Assembly: GCA_013151345.1 (NCBI GenBank)
Contig: JAADIM010000038.1
Span: forward strand, 1-60,175
Reading direction: 5' to 3'
Source: Gammaproteobacteria bacterium
Lineage (GTDB): Bacteria > Pseudomonadota > Gammaproteobacteria > SG8-11
Length of the DNA: 60,175 bases
Numbering within the stretch: the first letter of the stretch is position 1; each line of letters opens with the position of its first letter. The notes beneath the pieces were generated by a model that searched no databases, was not told where the DNA came from, and saw nothing but the letters and a program-made list of their open reading frames with translations. The translations under genes and the position numbers were made by a program. Shown here piece by piece: positions 50,060 through 58,963 of this stretch.

Positions 50060-50635
50060 CGATCTCTTCGAGTTGGTAGATTTATAGGCATTGGCAGATT
50101 AGTGAACGCTAATATTGCTGCTTTTATTTGTTGTGATTTTCGGTTGATATGTAAATAAATAACCGTATTTTTAAAAGCATACCTGTGTAATTGTTGTCAT
50201 ATTCGGTCAATAATATGCTTGGAAATTGTAGTTGGTGTTCAGTTTAGGAGTATGTCAATAAAATGGAACAACTTCTCGTTTGTATGGTAAGCGCCATTAC
50301 GCTTATCGCCGTAATTCTGTCCATTGTTCTAATCATCAATATTTATCATGATAATGATGAAGAGCCCTGAGCCAACAAGAGCCCTGAGCCAACAAGAGCC
50401 CTAAAGGTCAATGTTTTTATATCTACCCGTACTTTGAACATTAGTATCAAATTGTATCCTTCCTAAAAATTAGATTCGATCTAAGCATTATAAAGGTGTT
50501 CAAAATAAAAGCGTAACAATAGCATGTTATCTATTTTCGAAATATCAGAGGTTCCTTCAATTATGGCATTGACTTCTTCCGCATTTGGGAAATAATTGAA
50601 GACCTGATTTTCTTTTACTCCGACGGGAGATTCTT

Positions 50636-52939
50636 TTGTTTTCTAACCAAACAAATAAAGTTAATAATATTAGCCGCGCATTAGCTGCTCAACCATCGGC
50701 GTCGATTGGATCGACAGTATCAGATGTTGTTGCACAGGATCTTGTCGATAAAATGACAGACGGTGTGGTTGTGATTGATCGATTTGGGATAATAAAAGAA
50801 ATAAATTTAGCCGCTGAATTTATATTTGGTTATCAATCGATCGAAATAATCGGATGTCATATTAGCACAATAATTCCGGACTCAATATTTGGGCAAAATG
50901 ATAATAATCAATTAAATGATATTCGGGCAAATGTTCAAATAGAGAATAGTTATCCGTTTAACCAGGTTAAGGATTCTACGGCATATCGTAAAGGTGGTGC
51001 GGAATTTTCGATGGAACTGACTATCACCCAGCTATGTATCGGTAGGGATGATATTGGTAGTGGAGAATATTATTATACTGCATTGGTTCGTGATGTGACC
51101 GAGTCAAAGGTAATGCAGGAATTGTTGTGGCTGAACCATGAGGAGCTTGAGCAGCTTGTAGAGCAAAGAACGCAAGAGTTGGTTGAAACCAACAATCAGT
51201 TAAAAGCGCATATCTGCGATCATGAACGTATTCAGGGGGCATTGCGGGCCAGTAAACAGCGCCTGAGAACTATGATTACAAATGCGCCCGTGGTTTTCTA
51301 TTCTTTAGATGTAAATGGCGTGTTTACTATGTCTGAGGGTAAAGGTTTGGAGCGTCTCGGGTTAAAGCCGGGTGGCTTAGTGGGCCAGTCTGCATTTGAG
51401 TTATTTGAGCATATTCCTCATTTTTATGGAGATTTTCAAAAAGTACTCAATGGCGAAAAAGTGTCTCCAATATTGGAAATTAACGATATCGTATTTGAGT
51501 GTTGGTATTCGGTAGTGCGCGAAAAAAACGGTGAGGTAACGGGGATAATTGGTGTTGCTACCGATATCACAGAACGAAAACAGGCAGAAAATCGCCTGGT
51601 CCAACTAGCAAATTTTGATTCGCTCACAGGTTTACCAAACAGATCATTATTTCGTGATCGTCTGATGCATGCAGTTGCACAGGCACATCGAAAAAATCAT
51701 CTGGTGGCTGTCTTATTTTTGGACCTGGATCGGTTTAAGTTGATTAACGACAGTTTAGGACACCATGCCGGCGATGAATTGCTAAAAGCAGTATCCAAGA
51801 GATTGCTTGCCAACGCACGTGAAGAAGATACGGTTGCACGTTTAGGTGGCGATGAGTTTACGGTCATTCTAGAAGGTATTACAAATACGGAAGACGCCAC
51901 AGTTGTCGCACGAAAAATTCTGGAAGTAATGAGTAAACCTTTTATTCTCGATGGGCACGAGGTTTTTGTAACCACGAGCGTCGGCATTACTATTTTTCCG
52001 ATGGACGGGTTGTGCATTGATGTGCTTCTTAAGAATGCGGATACGGCGATGTACCGTGCGAAAGAGCAGGGAAGAAATAATTACCAGTTTTATACTGCGG
52101 ATATGAATGCCAAAGCAGTTGAGCATTTAATACTAGAAAGCAGCTTGCGTCATGCACTGGAGCGCGATGAATTTGTATTGCATTTTCAACCACAAGTTGA
52201 TCTTCACAGCCGAGAGATTACCGGTATGGAAGCGCTATTGCGATGGAATAACCCCGATCTTGGCATGTTATATCCTAATCAATTTATGTTACTTGCAGAA
52301 GAAACCGGGCTCATAATTTCAATTGGCGAATGGGTTCTAGGCCGGGCCTGTATTCAGGCTGTCGAATGGCAAAAGATGGGTCTACCACCGATGCGTATTG
52401 CGGTAAACTTATCCGCACTACAATTTCGTAAGAACGATCTTGTAGAAACAATCTCTAATATACTCGCATCTGCTGGCCTGGATCCTCAATATCTTGAGCT
52501 GGAAATAACAGAAAGCTTTTTGATGGATAATGTTGATTCGGCGATCGCCAAGTTGCAAGATTTGAGCGCGTTGGGTGTTTGTCTGGCGCTAGATGATTTT
52601 GGTACGGGGTATTCTTCACTGAGTTATTTGAAGCGGTTTCCACTTAATACGCTTAAAATAGACCAGTCCTTTGTCAAAGATATTTCCACAGACCCGGGGG
52701 ATGGGGCCATTGCTGAGGCGATTGTGGCGCTTGCACAAAGTCTACATTTACGTGTGATGGCTGAAGGTGTTGAAACAGAAGGGCAGCTTAATTTTTTGCG
52801 TACGCGAGGTTGTGATCAAGTGCAAGGCTTCTTAATTAGTCATCCGGTTCCGGCGGAGGATATTTTTCCGTGGTGTATCGAAACTAGTAATAACCGATTT
52901 GCTTTTGAACAAGGTCAATTGTGGCCGGGTAACCAATAA
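50636..52939 (+). CDS. PAS-PAS-GGDEF-EAL c-di-GMP turnover protein
   Basis: There are two PAS-like segments. The GGDEF domain reads 'ARLGGDEFTVIL' with an upstream RxxD ('REED'). The EAL domain reads 'EALLRWN', 'ELEITES', 'DDFGTGYSSLSYL' and 'KIDQSFV'. The TTG start follows GGGAGA. Confidence 0.88.
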   Translation: MFSNQTNKVNNISRALAAQPSASIGSTVSDVVAQDLVDKMTDGVVVIDRFGIIKEINLAAEFIFGYQSIEIIGCHISTIIPDSIFGQNDNNQLNDIRANVQIENSYPFNQVKDSTAYRKGGAEFSMELTITQLCIGRDDIGSGEYYYTALVRDVTESKVMQELLWLNHEELEQLVEQRTQELVETNNQLKAHICDHERIQGALRASKQRLRTMITNAPVVFYSLDVNGVFTMSEGKGLERLGLKPGGLVGQSAFELFEHIPHFYGDFQKVLNGEKVSPILEINDIVFECWYSVVREKNGEVTGIIGVATDITERKQAENRLVQLANFDSLTGLPNRSLFRDRLMHAVAQAHRKNHLVAVLFLDLDRFKLINDSLGHHAGDELLKAVSKRLLANAREEDTVARLGGDEFTVILEGITNTEDATVVARKILEVMSKPFILDGHEVFVTTSVGITIFPMDGLCIDVLLKNADTAMYRAKEQGRNNYQFYTADMNAKAVEHLILESSLRHALERDEFVLHFQPQVDLHSREITGMEALLRWNNPDLGMLYPNQFMLLAEETGLIISIGEWVLGRACIQAVEWQKMGLPPMRIAVNLSALQFRKNDLVETISNILASAGLDPQYLELEITESFLMDNVDSAIAKLQDLSALGVCLALDDFGTGYSSLSYLKRFPLNTLKIDQSFVKDISTDPGDGAIAEAIVALAQSLHLRVMAEGVETEGQLNFLRTRGCDQVQGFLISHPVPAEDIFPWCIETSNNRFAFEQGQLWPGNQ

Positions 52940-53113
52940 AAAAATAAGCGCAGTCTGATGACCTGTATCTGTTTCCTCTACTTTTTAAACCCGCGTGTTT
53001 TTTAGCATTTTATTGTATAAACAATTCGAGTTTTTATATAATGGATTGTTTTCAAGATTTTGCCCAAAATATCTAAAAAATATATAGATTTATGCACTCC
53101 AGCTCATTTTACC

Positions 53114-53129
53114 TGTGATCATTGTCACT
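53114..53129. promoter_or_regulatory. CRP-like box TGTGA-N6-TCACT
   Basis: The sequence tgtgatcattgtcact matches 9 of 10 positions of the TGTGA-N6-TCACA core. It lies ~180 nt upstream of the giant cNMP-domain gene. A chance occurrence in 60 kb is not negligible. Confidence 0.35.
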
Positions 53130-53306
53130 GTGGATTTTATTTTTTTCCACTAACCTTCTGATATACATTAGGGTTTAGTGCAATGTCATTAGATTTTTTC
53201 TGAAAAATATCGAACACAGAGATCCATACTTCAGATTCAATCAATTATTGCCTGGACTATTTAAAACACTGCTAGGATTTGCGTGTTAAGAGGCGAAAAA
53301 ACGACG

Positions 53307-56300
53307 ATGAGTGCTGTAAAAAAGCTTAATAAGCCGAGTATTGACCTAAAAATATTAAAATCATTTATTCCTCTGAATAAACTTTCTTACCAGCAACTAA
53401 AAGAAATATCTGATAAGGCAGCTGTTATTGATCTAGCGCGTGGTAGAACGCTCTTTAATCAAGGTGACAAAGATAATTGTACTTATTTTCTGATTTCTGG
53501 TGAGATGGAGTTTATTTCCAGCAATAACAAAATTACAATAAAAGGTGGGTCAAAAAACGCGAAATGCGCATTGTACGATGCAAAGCCTAGGCTCGTCACG
53601 GCAAAAGCGAAAAGCAAACTGAGTGTTTTGTACATCGATTCCGGTTTACTGGAAATCATGTTCGGTGAATATAACCAAAATAACTATGAAGTAAGCGATA
53701 TTGAAGGAAAAAATGACAGGGATTGGATGACTGTTTTTGTTCGGTCATTAACAACTATGAATTTACCTGCTAGCAACTTACAGGCTTTAATGATGCGAAT
53801 GCAGGAAATCAGTGTCAAGGCAGGAGACACTGTTGTAAATCAATTCGATCATGATGAGTATTACTATATTGTGAAAGAAGGAAGATGCGCCGTTAGTCGC
53901 AAAGCTTCCTTACAGGGCGCTGACGTCAGATTAGCTGAACTGGATGCGGGAGATGGTTTTGGAGAAGAATCATTGATAACCAATGAAGAACGTTCTGCCA
54001 CGGTAAGGATGTTAAACGATGGCGCATTGATGCGGTTGGGGAAGCAGGATTTTCTTGAGTTGCTTGCCAGTTCGGTTCTAACTTTTGCCTCATATGATGA
54101 GGCCTCAGAAATGATCGCAAGCAATGCATGTTTTCTGGATGTTAGAAATGTTTCAGAACATGCGCGTGATGGAGTTAGTAATAGTTTAAACATTCCACTT
54201 TCCATACTGAGAATTAAACTTTCAGCGCTTGATAGTAAGAAGAAATATATTGTTTATTGCAATGATGAAGGCAAAAGTTCAGCTGCTGCCTTTTTACTGA
54301 TGAGAGCAGGGTTTCAAAGTGTCATCCTTAAAGGTGGCCGGGCAAGCATACCGGATTCAGCGACACACAAGATAGAGGGTTCAAGCTCTATAGAAGGTTC
54401 AAGCTCTACTGCGTTTGGAAGTATATCAAACAACAATGCAGGTGTAGCGCCTGTTGCCGATATTGTTAGCCTTCTGCCTTATGAATCGGAGTTGCAGTCT
54501 GATTTTAATCAGAGTCAAGAATCCGCAGAGGCGAAAGGGAAATTAAAGAAACCCTCAAATATTGCCGAAAACATTCCTGTTGAGCATGGGCTTGTTGTAA
54601 ACGAGCGATTAAAGGCATTAGAAGAACAGGAAAAGGCAGAAAAAGCAATTAAAGAGAAGGGGTTAGCTGAAGCTGAGGTGGGACGCTTAAGGGCTGAAAT
54701 TAACGCTGTAAATGAGTGTCTCAAGCAAAAGGACATTCAGAAATTAGAAGTTGAAACGGAATTAAAGTTAAAGTTTGATCAGGAAAGAGATAGAGCCAAT
54801 CTGGAACTGACGGAATATAAAAAGCGATCTCAACAAGAGCAGCAACAGGAATTAGAAAAGCATCTGGAAGTAGCGAATAGACAGTCCGAACGTGAGTTGG
54901 CTGAATTGGCAAGTAATGCGCAGCGTCTGCATGCGAAGTTTTTAGAAGAATCTCGCAAAGTGCGTGCAAATGAAGAAGCTTTGCAAAGAGCTGAACATGA
55001 ACTTGACGCGGTATTGACCGAGAAGGAAAAGGTAAAGTCTGACAACGATGTGTTGTCTAAAAAGATAGAATCAGAAATGTTGAGGGCTTCCAATGTTGAG
55101 CTAGCACATAAAAAAGCGATAGAGGAAAATGAGCAATTAAAAACTGCGATTAATGAAGCACAGGTTGAAGCGAAAAAACAGTTAGATGATTTATTGGAAC
55201 AAAATACAAAAAAGCTGGAAACTGAATTAAAAGAGATTAAGGAAACAATGCAGGACGAGAAAAACAAAGCATTTTTGGCTGAAAAAGCCTTGCGCAGAGC
55301 AAAGGAAAAAGAAGCCCAGCTTAAAGCGGAAGCGGAAGCGGGGCGTATTGAGGCTGAAAAAAATGCAAGAAGAATAGCAAAAATTCAAGACAAAAAAATC
55401 AGAGAGCTTGAAGAAGAAGTACAACGAGCGGAAGACGCAGAAGCTGCGCAGTTAGAAGCGGAAAGAATGGCAGTGCAATTAAAGCAAGAAGCTGACGAAG
55501 CTAAAAGACGAGCGGAAGAGGAATCAAGAAAGTATGCGGAAGCCGAAACAGCAAGATTAAGGGCGATTGAAAAAAGTCAGGAGAATTTACATACAGCCGC
55601 TGTTGCACGTGAACGTGCAGAAAAAGGTACTTCACAACTGCGGGCTGAGATTGAAGCTGCACGTAATAGTGCCGAAGATGTAATGAAAAAATCAGCCGAA
55701 GCGGAAGCCGCGCGGCGTTTGGCAGAAGAAGAAATCAGAAAACAAACCGATATTGTGGAAGCGCTTAAGAAAGCCGACACGGAAAGACAGCGGGCGGTAA
55801 TGTCAGAACAAGCCAGAAAAAAAGCAGAAGACGAAGTTGGAAAATTAAAGGCGAAATTATTGGCACAAAAAAAGGCGGCGCTTGCCAAGCAAAAATCAGC
55901 TGTCAGACAGGGCGTGAAAGAGCAACAAGAGGAGCAGTTGTCTCAAGACGTTTTTGCTGCCAATGATTCAGTGGTAACAACAACCGAGCATTTATTAGGT
56001 AAACAGGAAAAAAACGGTGTGAATGTGGGTGCTGTGAGAAAATCAGGATGGATTTCTGACGCATTGCTTTGGGAAACAACTCTGGGATTGAGAGAGGATG
56101 AAGAGTCGGAAAATTATCTGGCGGCGGCTGAGCAAGAAACGTTATCCAAAAAAAGACAATCAACAAAAACTAATACTAAAAAGCCTGCTTCCAAAAAAGT
56201 TAATCCGAATAGTTCAGTATTCGAGGCGCGTGAACTGGGTAGGGACCCAACAATCACAAATCGGAATATTCAGTTTCAGGATGCGTCATCGCCAAAAAGA

Positions 56301-57188
56301 GAATCTTCCTTCGGGAAGAAAGTACTGGTTAGCTCATTTGTCTTAATTATTGTCACGATTGGCGCTGGCGCATATATTGCGATGTCGAGTGATAAGGATG
56401 GGTTGCCCGGCTCAATAACCAGCATGATGGATAAAACTAAAAAAGTGAGTAAAGAAAAAGTTTTGACAGATGCTTCTGATAACTCGAATACCGGTCGCAA
56501 TGATAGAAAAGAAGATCCAAGAATTACCGACAATAATACAAAAATACTAAAACAACGTGCTGAATCAAACGCTAGAAATGCAGCGCAAGTTGAGTTCGCG
56601 GAACTTAAAGAAAACTCCAGGGTGATTACCAAACTGTCATCTGCATCGGAAATGGCATCTGAAGGAGAAGAAAGTGATTCGGCAGTACCTTCGGTAGTAC
56701 AACGTCCTCGGGTTTCGGATGCAGAAGTGGTTGCGCCATCGGTTAATGTTTTGCCGACGGTAGAAGCTGAAAGTGGACAACTCAATACTGGTAATGCATC
56801 TATTGAAGCAACCGAAGCAACTGGGACATCTGAGGTGACTGATGCACGAGCATCGATTAGCAATTCGGCTGATGTTGATAACGGTGAGTCAAATAACGTA
56901 CGACCAGTTGTTGTCGAGCGTCTCGAAGAAGCTGCAGTGGCGGGACCAGTTGACAATGTTGTGTCAGACGACGTGGTGGAGCCGGCGGTAGTAGAAGCAA
57001 TAATACCGGAACCAGCCAACAACGAACCTGCAGCAGAAGTTCCAGCTTTGTCTGAACCGGTTACCGATACGTCCGCTCTGAGCTCAGTAGAAAGCTCAGT
57101 AGAAAGCTCAGTAGAAAGTTCAGTAGAAAGCGACGGAGAAGGCGCAGCAGAGGGTTCGCCGGTAAATGCTGAATCGGAAATATTCTAA
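53307..57188 (+). CDS. Giant multidomain protein with two cNMP-binding domains, a rhodanese-like domain, a ~450-aa coiled coil, one TM helix and an acidic low-complexity tail
   Basis: The second cNMP domain has a phosphate-binding-cassette-like 'FGEESLITNEERSATVRM'. The rhodanese-like loop reads 'YCNDEGKSS'. The E/K/A/R-rich coiled coil spans about nt 54600-55920. The TM helix is 'VLVSSFVLIIVTIGAGAYIAM' at about nt 56322-56385. The tail ends in 4x SSVE. I prefer the ATG start at 53307 over the GTG at 53283. Confidence 0.75.
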   Translation: MSAVKKLNKPSIDLKILKSFIPLNKLSYQQLKEISDKAAVIDLARGRTLFNQGDKDNCTYFLISGEMEFISSNNKITIKGGSKNAKCALYDAKPRLVTAKAKSKLSVLYIDSGLLEIMFGEYNQNNYEVSDIEGKNDRDWMTVFVRSLTTMNLPASNLQALMMRMQEISVKAGDTVVNQFDHDEYYYIVKEGRCAVSRKASLQGADVRLAELDAGDGFGEESLITNEERSATVRMLNDGALMRLGKQDFLELLASSVLTFASYDEASEMIASNACFLDVRNVSEHARDGVSNSLNIPLSILRIKLSALDSKKKYIVYCNDEGKSSAAAFLLMRAGFQSVILKGGRASIPDSATHKIEGSSSIEGSSSTAFGSISNNNAGVAPVADIVSLLPYESELQSDFNQSQESAEAKGKLKKPSNIAENIPVEHGLVVNERLKALEEQEKAEKAIKEKGLAEAEVGRLRAEINAVNECLKQKDIQKLEVETELKLKFDQERDRANLELTEYKKRSQQEQQQELEKHLEVANRQSERELAELASNAQRLHAKFLEESRKVRANEEALQRAEHELDAVLTEKEKVKSDNDVLSKKIESEMLRASNVELAHKKAIEENEQLKTAINEAQVEAKKQLDDLLEQNTKKLETELKEIKETMQDEKNKAFLAEKALRRAKEKEAQLKAEAEAGRIEAEKNARRIAKIQDKKIRELEEEVQRAEDAEAAQLEAERMAVQLKQEADEAKRRAEEESRKYAEAETARLRAIEKSQENLHTAAVARERAEKGTSQLRAEIEAARNSAEDVMKKSAEAEAARRLAEEEIRKQTDIVEALKKADTERQRAVMSEQARKKAEDEVGKLKAKLLAQKKAALAKQKSAVRQGVKEQQEEQLSQDVFAANDSVVTTTEHLLGKQEKNGVNVGAVRKSGWISDALLWETTLGLREDEESENYLAAAEQETLSKKRQSTKTNTKKPASKKVNPNSSVFEARELGRDPTITNRNIQFQDASSPKRESSFGKKVLVSSFVLIIVTIGAGAYIAMSSDKDGLPGSITSMMDKTKKVSKEKVLTDASDNSNTGRNDRKEDPRITDNNTKILKQRAESNARNAAQVEFAELKENSRVITKLSSASEMASEGEESDSAVPSVVQRPRVSDAEVVAPSVNVLPTVEAESGQLNTGNASIEATEATGTSEVTDARASISNSADVDNGESNNVRPVVVERLEEAAVAGPVDNVVSDDVVEPAVVEAIIPEPANNEPAAEVPALSEPVTDTSALSSVESSVESSVESSVESDGEGAAEGSPVNAESEIF
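57081..57128 (+). repeat. 4 x 12-bp in-frame tandem repeat (agctcagtagaa) encoding (SSVE)4
   Basis: The repeat is read directly from the sequence. The fourth copy has one substitution (agttcagtagaa). Confidence 0.9.
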
Positions 57189-57311
57189 AGCAACTAGTAT
57201 TAGTTTATCTTGGTTGGCAGGGTTGTGGTTGTGCCGTTCGTTGTTGTCCAGGCGGATTGTCAGTAGAATTGTATGTTGGGTTATTTATTATACCCAGTGG
57301 GCGAGTTAAAT

Positions 57312-58907
57312 CTATATATTGGATGTGTTGTTTATTTGAATCGCATCGACCCCATGTCCTGTTGTATCATCATGTACAAATACGCGGTTACGGCCCAGGT
57401 TTTTGGCTTCGTATAAGGCTTTGTCTGCCTGGGTAAGTAGAATAGGCAGTAAGGCTGACGTGTCGTGATCGCCCGGCTTTATAGAGCTGATTCCGCAGCT
57501 CACAGTCAACGCCATATCAATTCCGTTGTATGTAACAATGCTTTTTTCTGTTGCTAATCTAACTTTATCAGCAATTGATATGCTTGCTTCTATGTTTTTG
57601 TTAATGCTGATGAGTAAAAATTCTTCGCCGCCTAGTCGGAATAAAAAATCATTTAAACGTAAATGTTTTTTAAGAATATCAGAAAAATTAATTAATACCT
57701 GGTCACCTGCTAAGTGGCCATAGTCGTCATTTATTTTTTTGAAATGATCCAGGTCCAGAATAATAACTGAAATGTTTCGCCATTCGCGCCTGGCCTGCGC
57801 GCACAATTTGGGAAATATTTCCTGTAGATGTCGTCTATTGAACATGCCGGTAAGCGTATCTGTGATGGATGACATTTCCAGACGTTTGTGTACACGGTCA
57901 ATTTCAGCTTGTTTTTCGCGTAGTACCTGTAACATATCTGCAAAGTTATTTGCCAATACGCCAATTTCATTTTGCGCTTCAGATTTTTCCATACGCGGCA
58001 ATCTGCCTTCTGATACTTCTCGCGTGATAATCATTAGTTCAGTTATAGGTTTGCTGAAGTTTCTAAAAATCAGTATACCTAGCCAAAGAATAACGACACT
58101 GCTTGTTGCAATAAGCGTTAAGGTTATTTGGCCATGATTATTTAGAGTGTTAATTAACTGAGTTTCTGATATTGCAAACCATAACAACGGTGAGTTTTTC
58201 TCGATTTTTGGTAGTGCTATGGGGTAGGTTATAAAAATTTCTTCATTTATACTTAGTTTGTTGTCTTGTAATTTAAATTCTTTAGTATCTGTGTGCGTCA
58301 GCGTACTTATCAATATTTGTCCATTTTTTGTTAAAAATAAATGTTCGTTGCTGCTTTGTTTGTGTGCTTGCAACCAATTCTCGTCTATTCTGCGAGTTAA
58401 TGCGACGAACCCAAGTTTGTCTTCTTGATAGATGATCGGTGAAATTGAAACCAGCTCTAGGCCATTTGTTGATTCAATATAATATACATTCCCCATTACC
58501 TGGCGTTTATGTTTGTTCACCCATGTAGTCAGGTCGGTGTGTTTACTGCCAATAAGCACTTCGCCGTTATCAGATACGATTACTTTTCTATCTATTGGTA
58601 ACCAGCCAAAAAGTCGCTCATAAAGTTTAACAAGTGGCTTGCTGTCACTGCCCACTCTAACGACGACGAACATATATTCTTGTATTCTTAAATCATCACT
58701 GACTATATTTGAAAAGCGTTTCAGTTCACTTCGTTCGCTAATAAGTTGGCTGTTAAATAATTGCACAGTACGGTCGAGATTATTTTTTACTTCGTTTAAC
58801 ACAACATCATTGGTGTGTTTGTAGGAATAGATTAATGTTGCTGATAAAAATATAACGAGTAAAGCGCTGTAAAAAATAAGGCGGAAACGATATGTTTTGG
58901 CAAACAT
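57312..58907 (-). CDS. Membrane diguanylate cyclase with a periplasmic sensor domain and HAMP
   Basis: Two TM helices bracket a ~230-aa periplasmic region. A HAMP-like 'FSKPITELMIITREVSEGRL' follows. The GGDEF domain reads 'FRLGGEEFLL' with an I-site 'RLND'. Confidence 0.85.
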   Translation of the reverse strand: MFAKTYRFRLIFYSALLVIFLSATLIYSYKHTNDVVLNEVKNNLDRTVQLFNSQLISERSELKRFSNIVSDDLRIQEYMFVVVRVGSDSKPLVKLYERLFGWLPIDRKVIVSDNGEVLIGSKHTDLTTWVNKHKRQVMGNVYYIESTNGLELVSISPIIYQEDKLGFVALTRRIDENWLQAHKQSSNEHLFLTKNGQILISTLTHTDTKEFKLQDNKLSINEEIFITYPIALPKIEKNSPLLWFAISETQLINTLNNHGQITLTLIATSSVVILWLGILIFRNFSKPITELMIITREVSEGRLPRMEKSEAQNEIGVLANNFADMLQVLREKQAEIDRVHKRLEMSSITDTLTGMFNRRHLQEIFPKLCAQARREWRNISVIILDLDHFKKINDDYGHLAGDQVLINFSDILKKHLRLNDFLFRLGGEEFLLISINKNIEASISIADKVRLATEKSIVTYNGIDMALTVSCGISSIKPGDHDTSALLPILLTQADKALYEAKNLGRNRVFVHDDTTGHGVDAIQINNTSNI

Positions 58908-58963
58908 AAAGTGACCTATTGAGCCAAGAGATCTTTGATTAAGTCGTAGATGCTATCCATAAC

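Noticed and set aside
54515-57022. Several minus-strand ORFs of 73-248 aa inside the giant gene (for example 54830-55267 and 56276-57022)
   Set aside because: They are antisense to the GAA/GCA/AAA-rich coiled-coil and acidic-tail coding sequence. Stop codons are rare on the opposite strand of such sequence. The products are Ser/Phe/Cys-rich nonsense.
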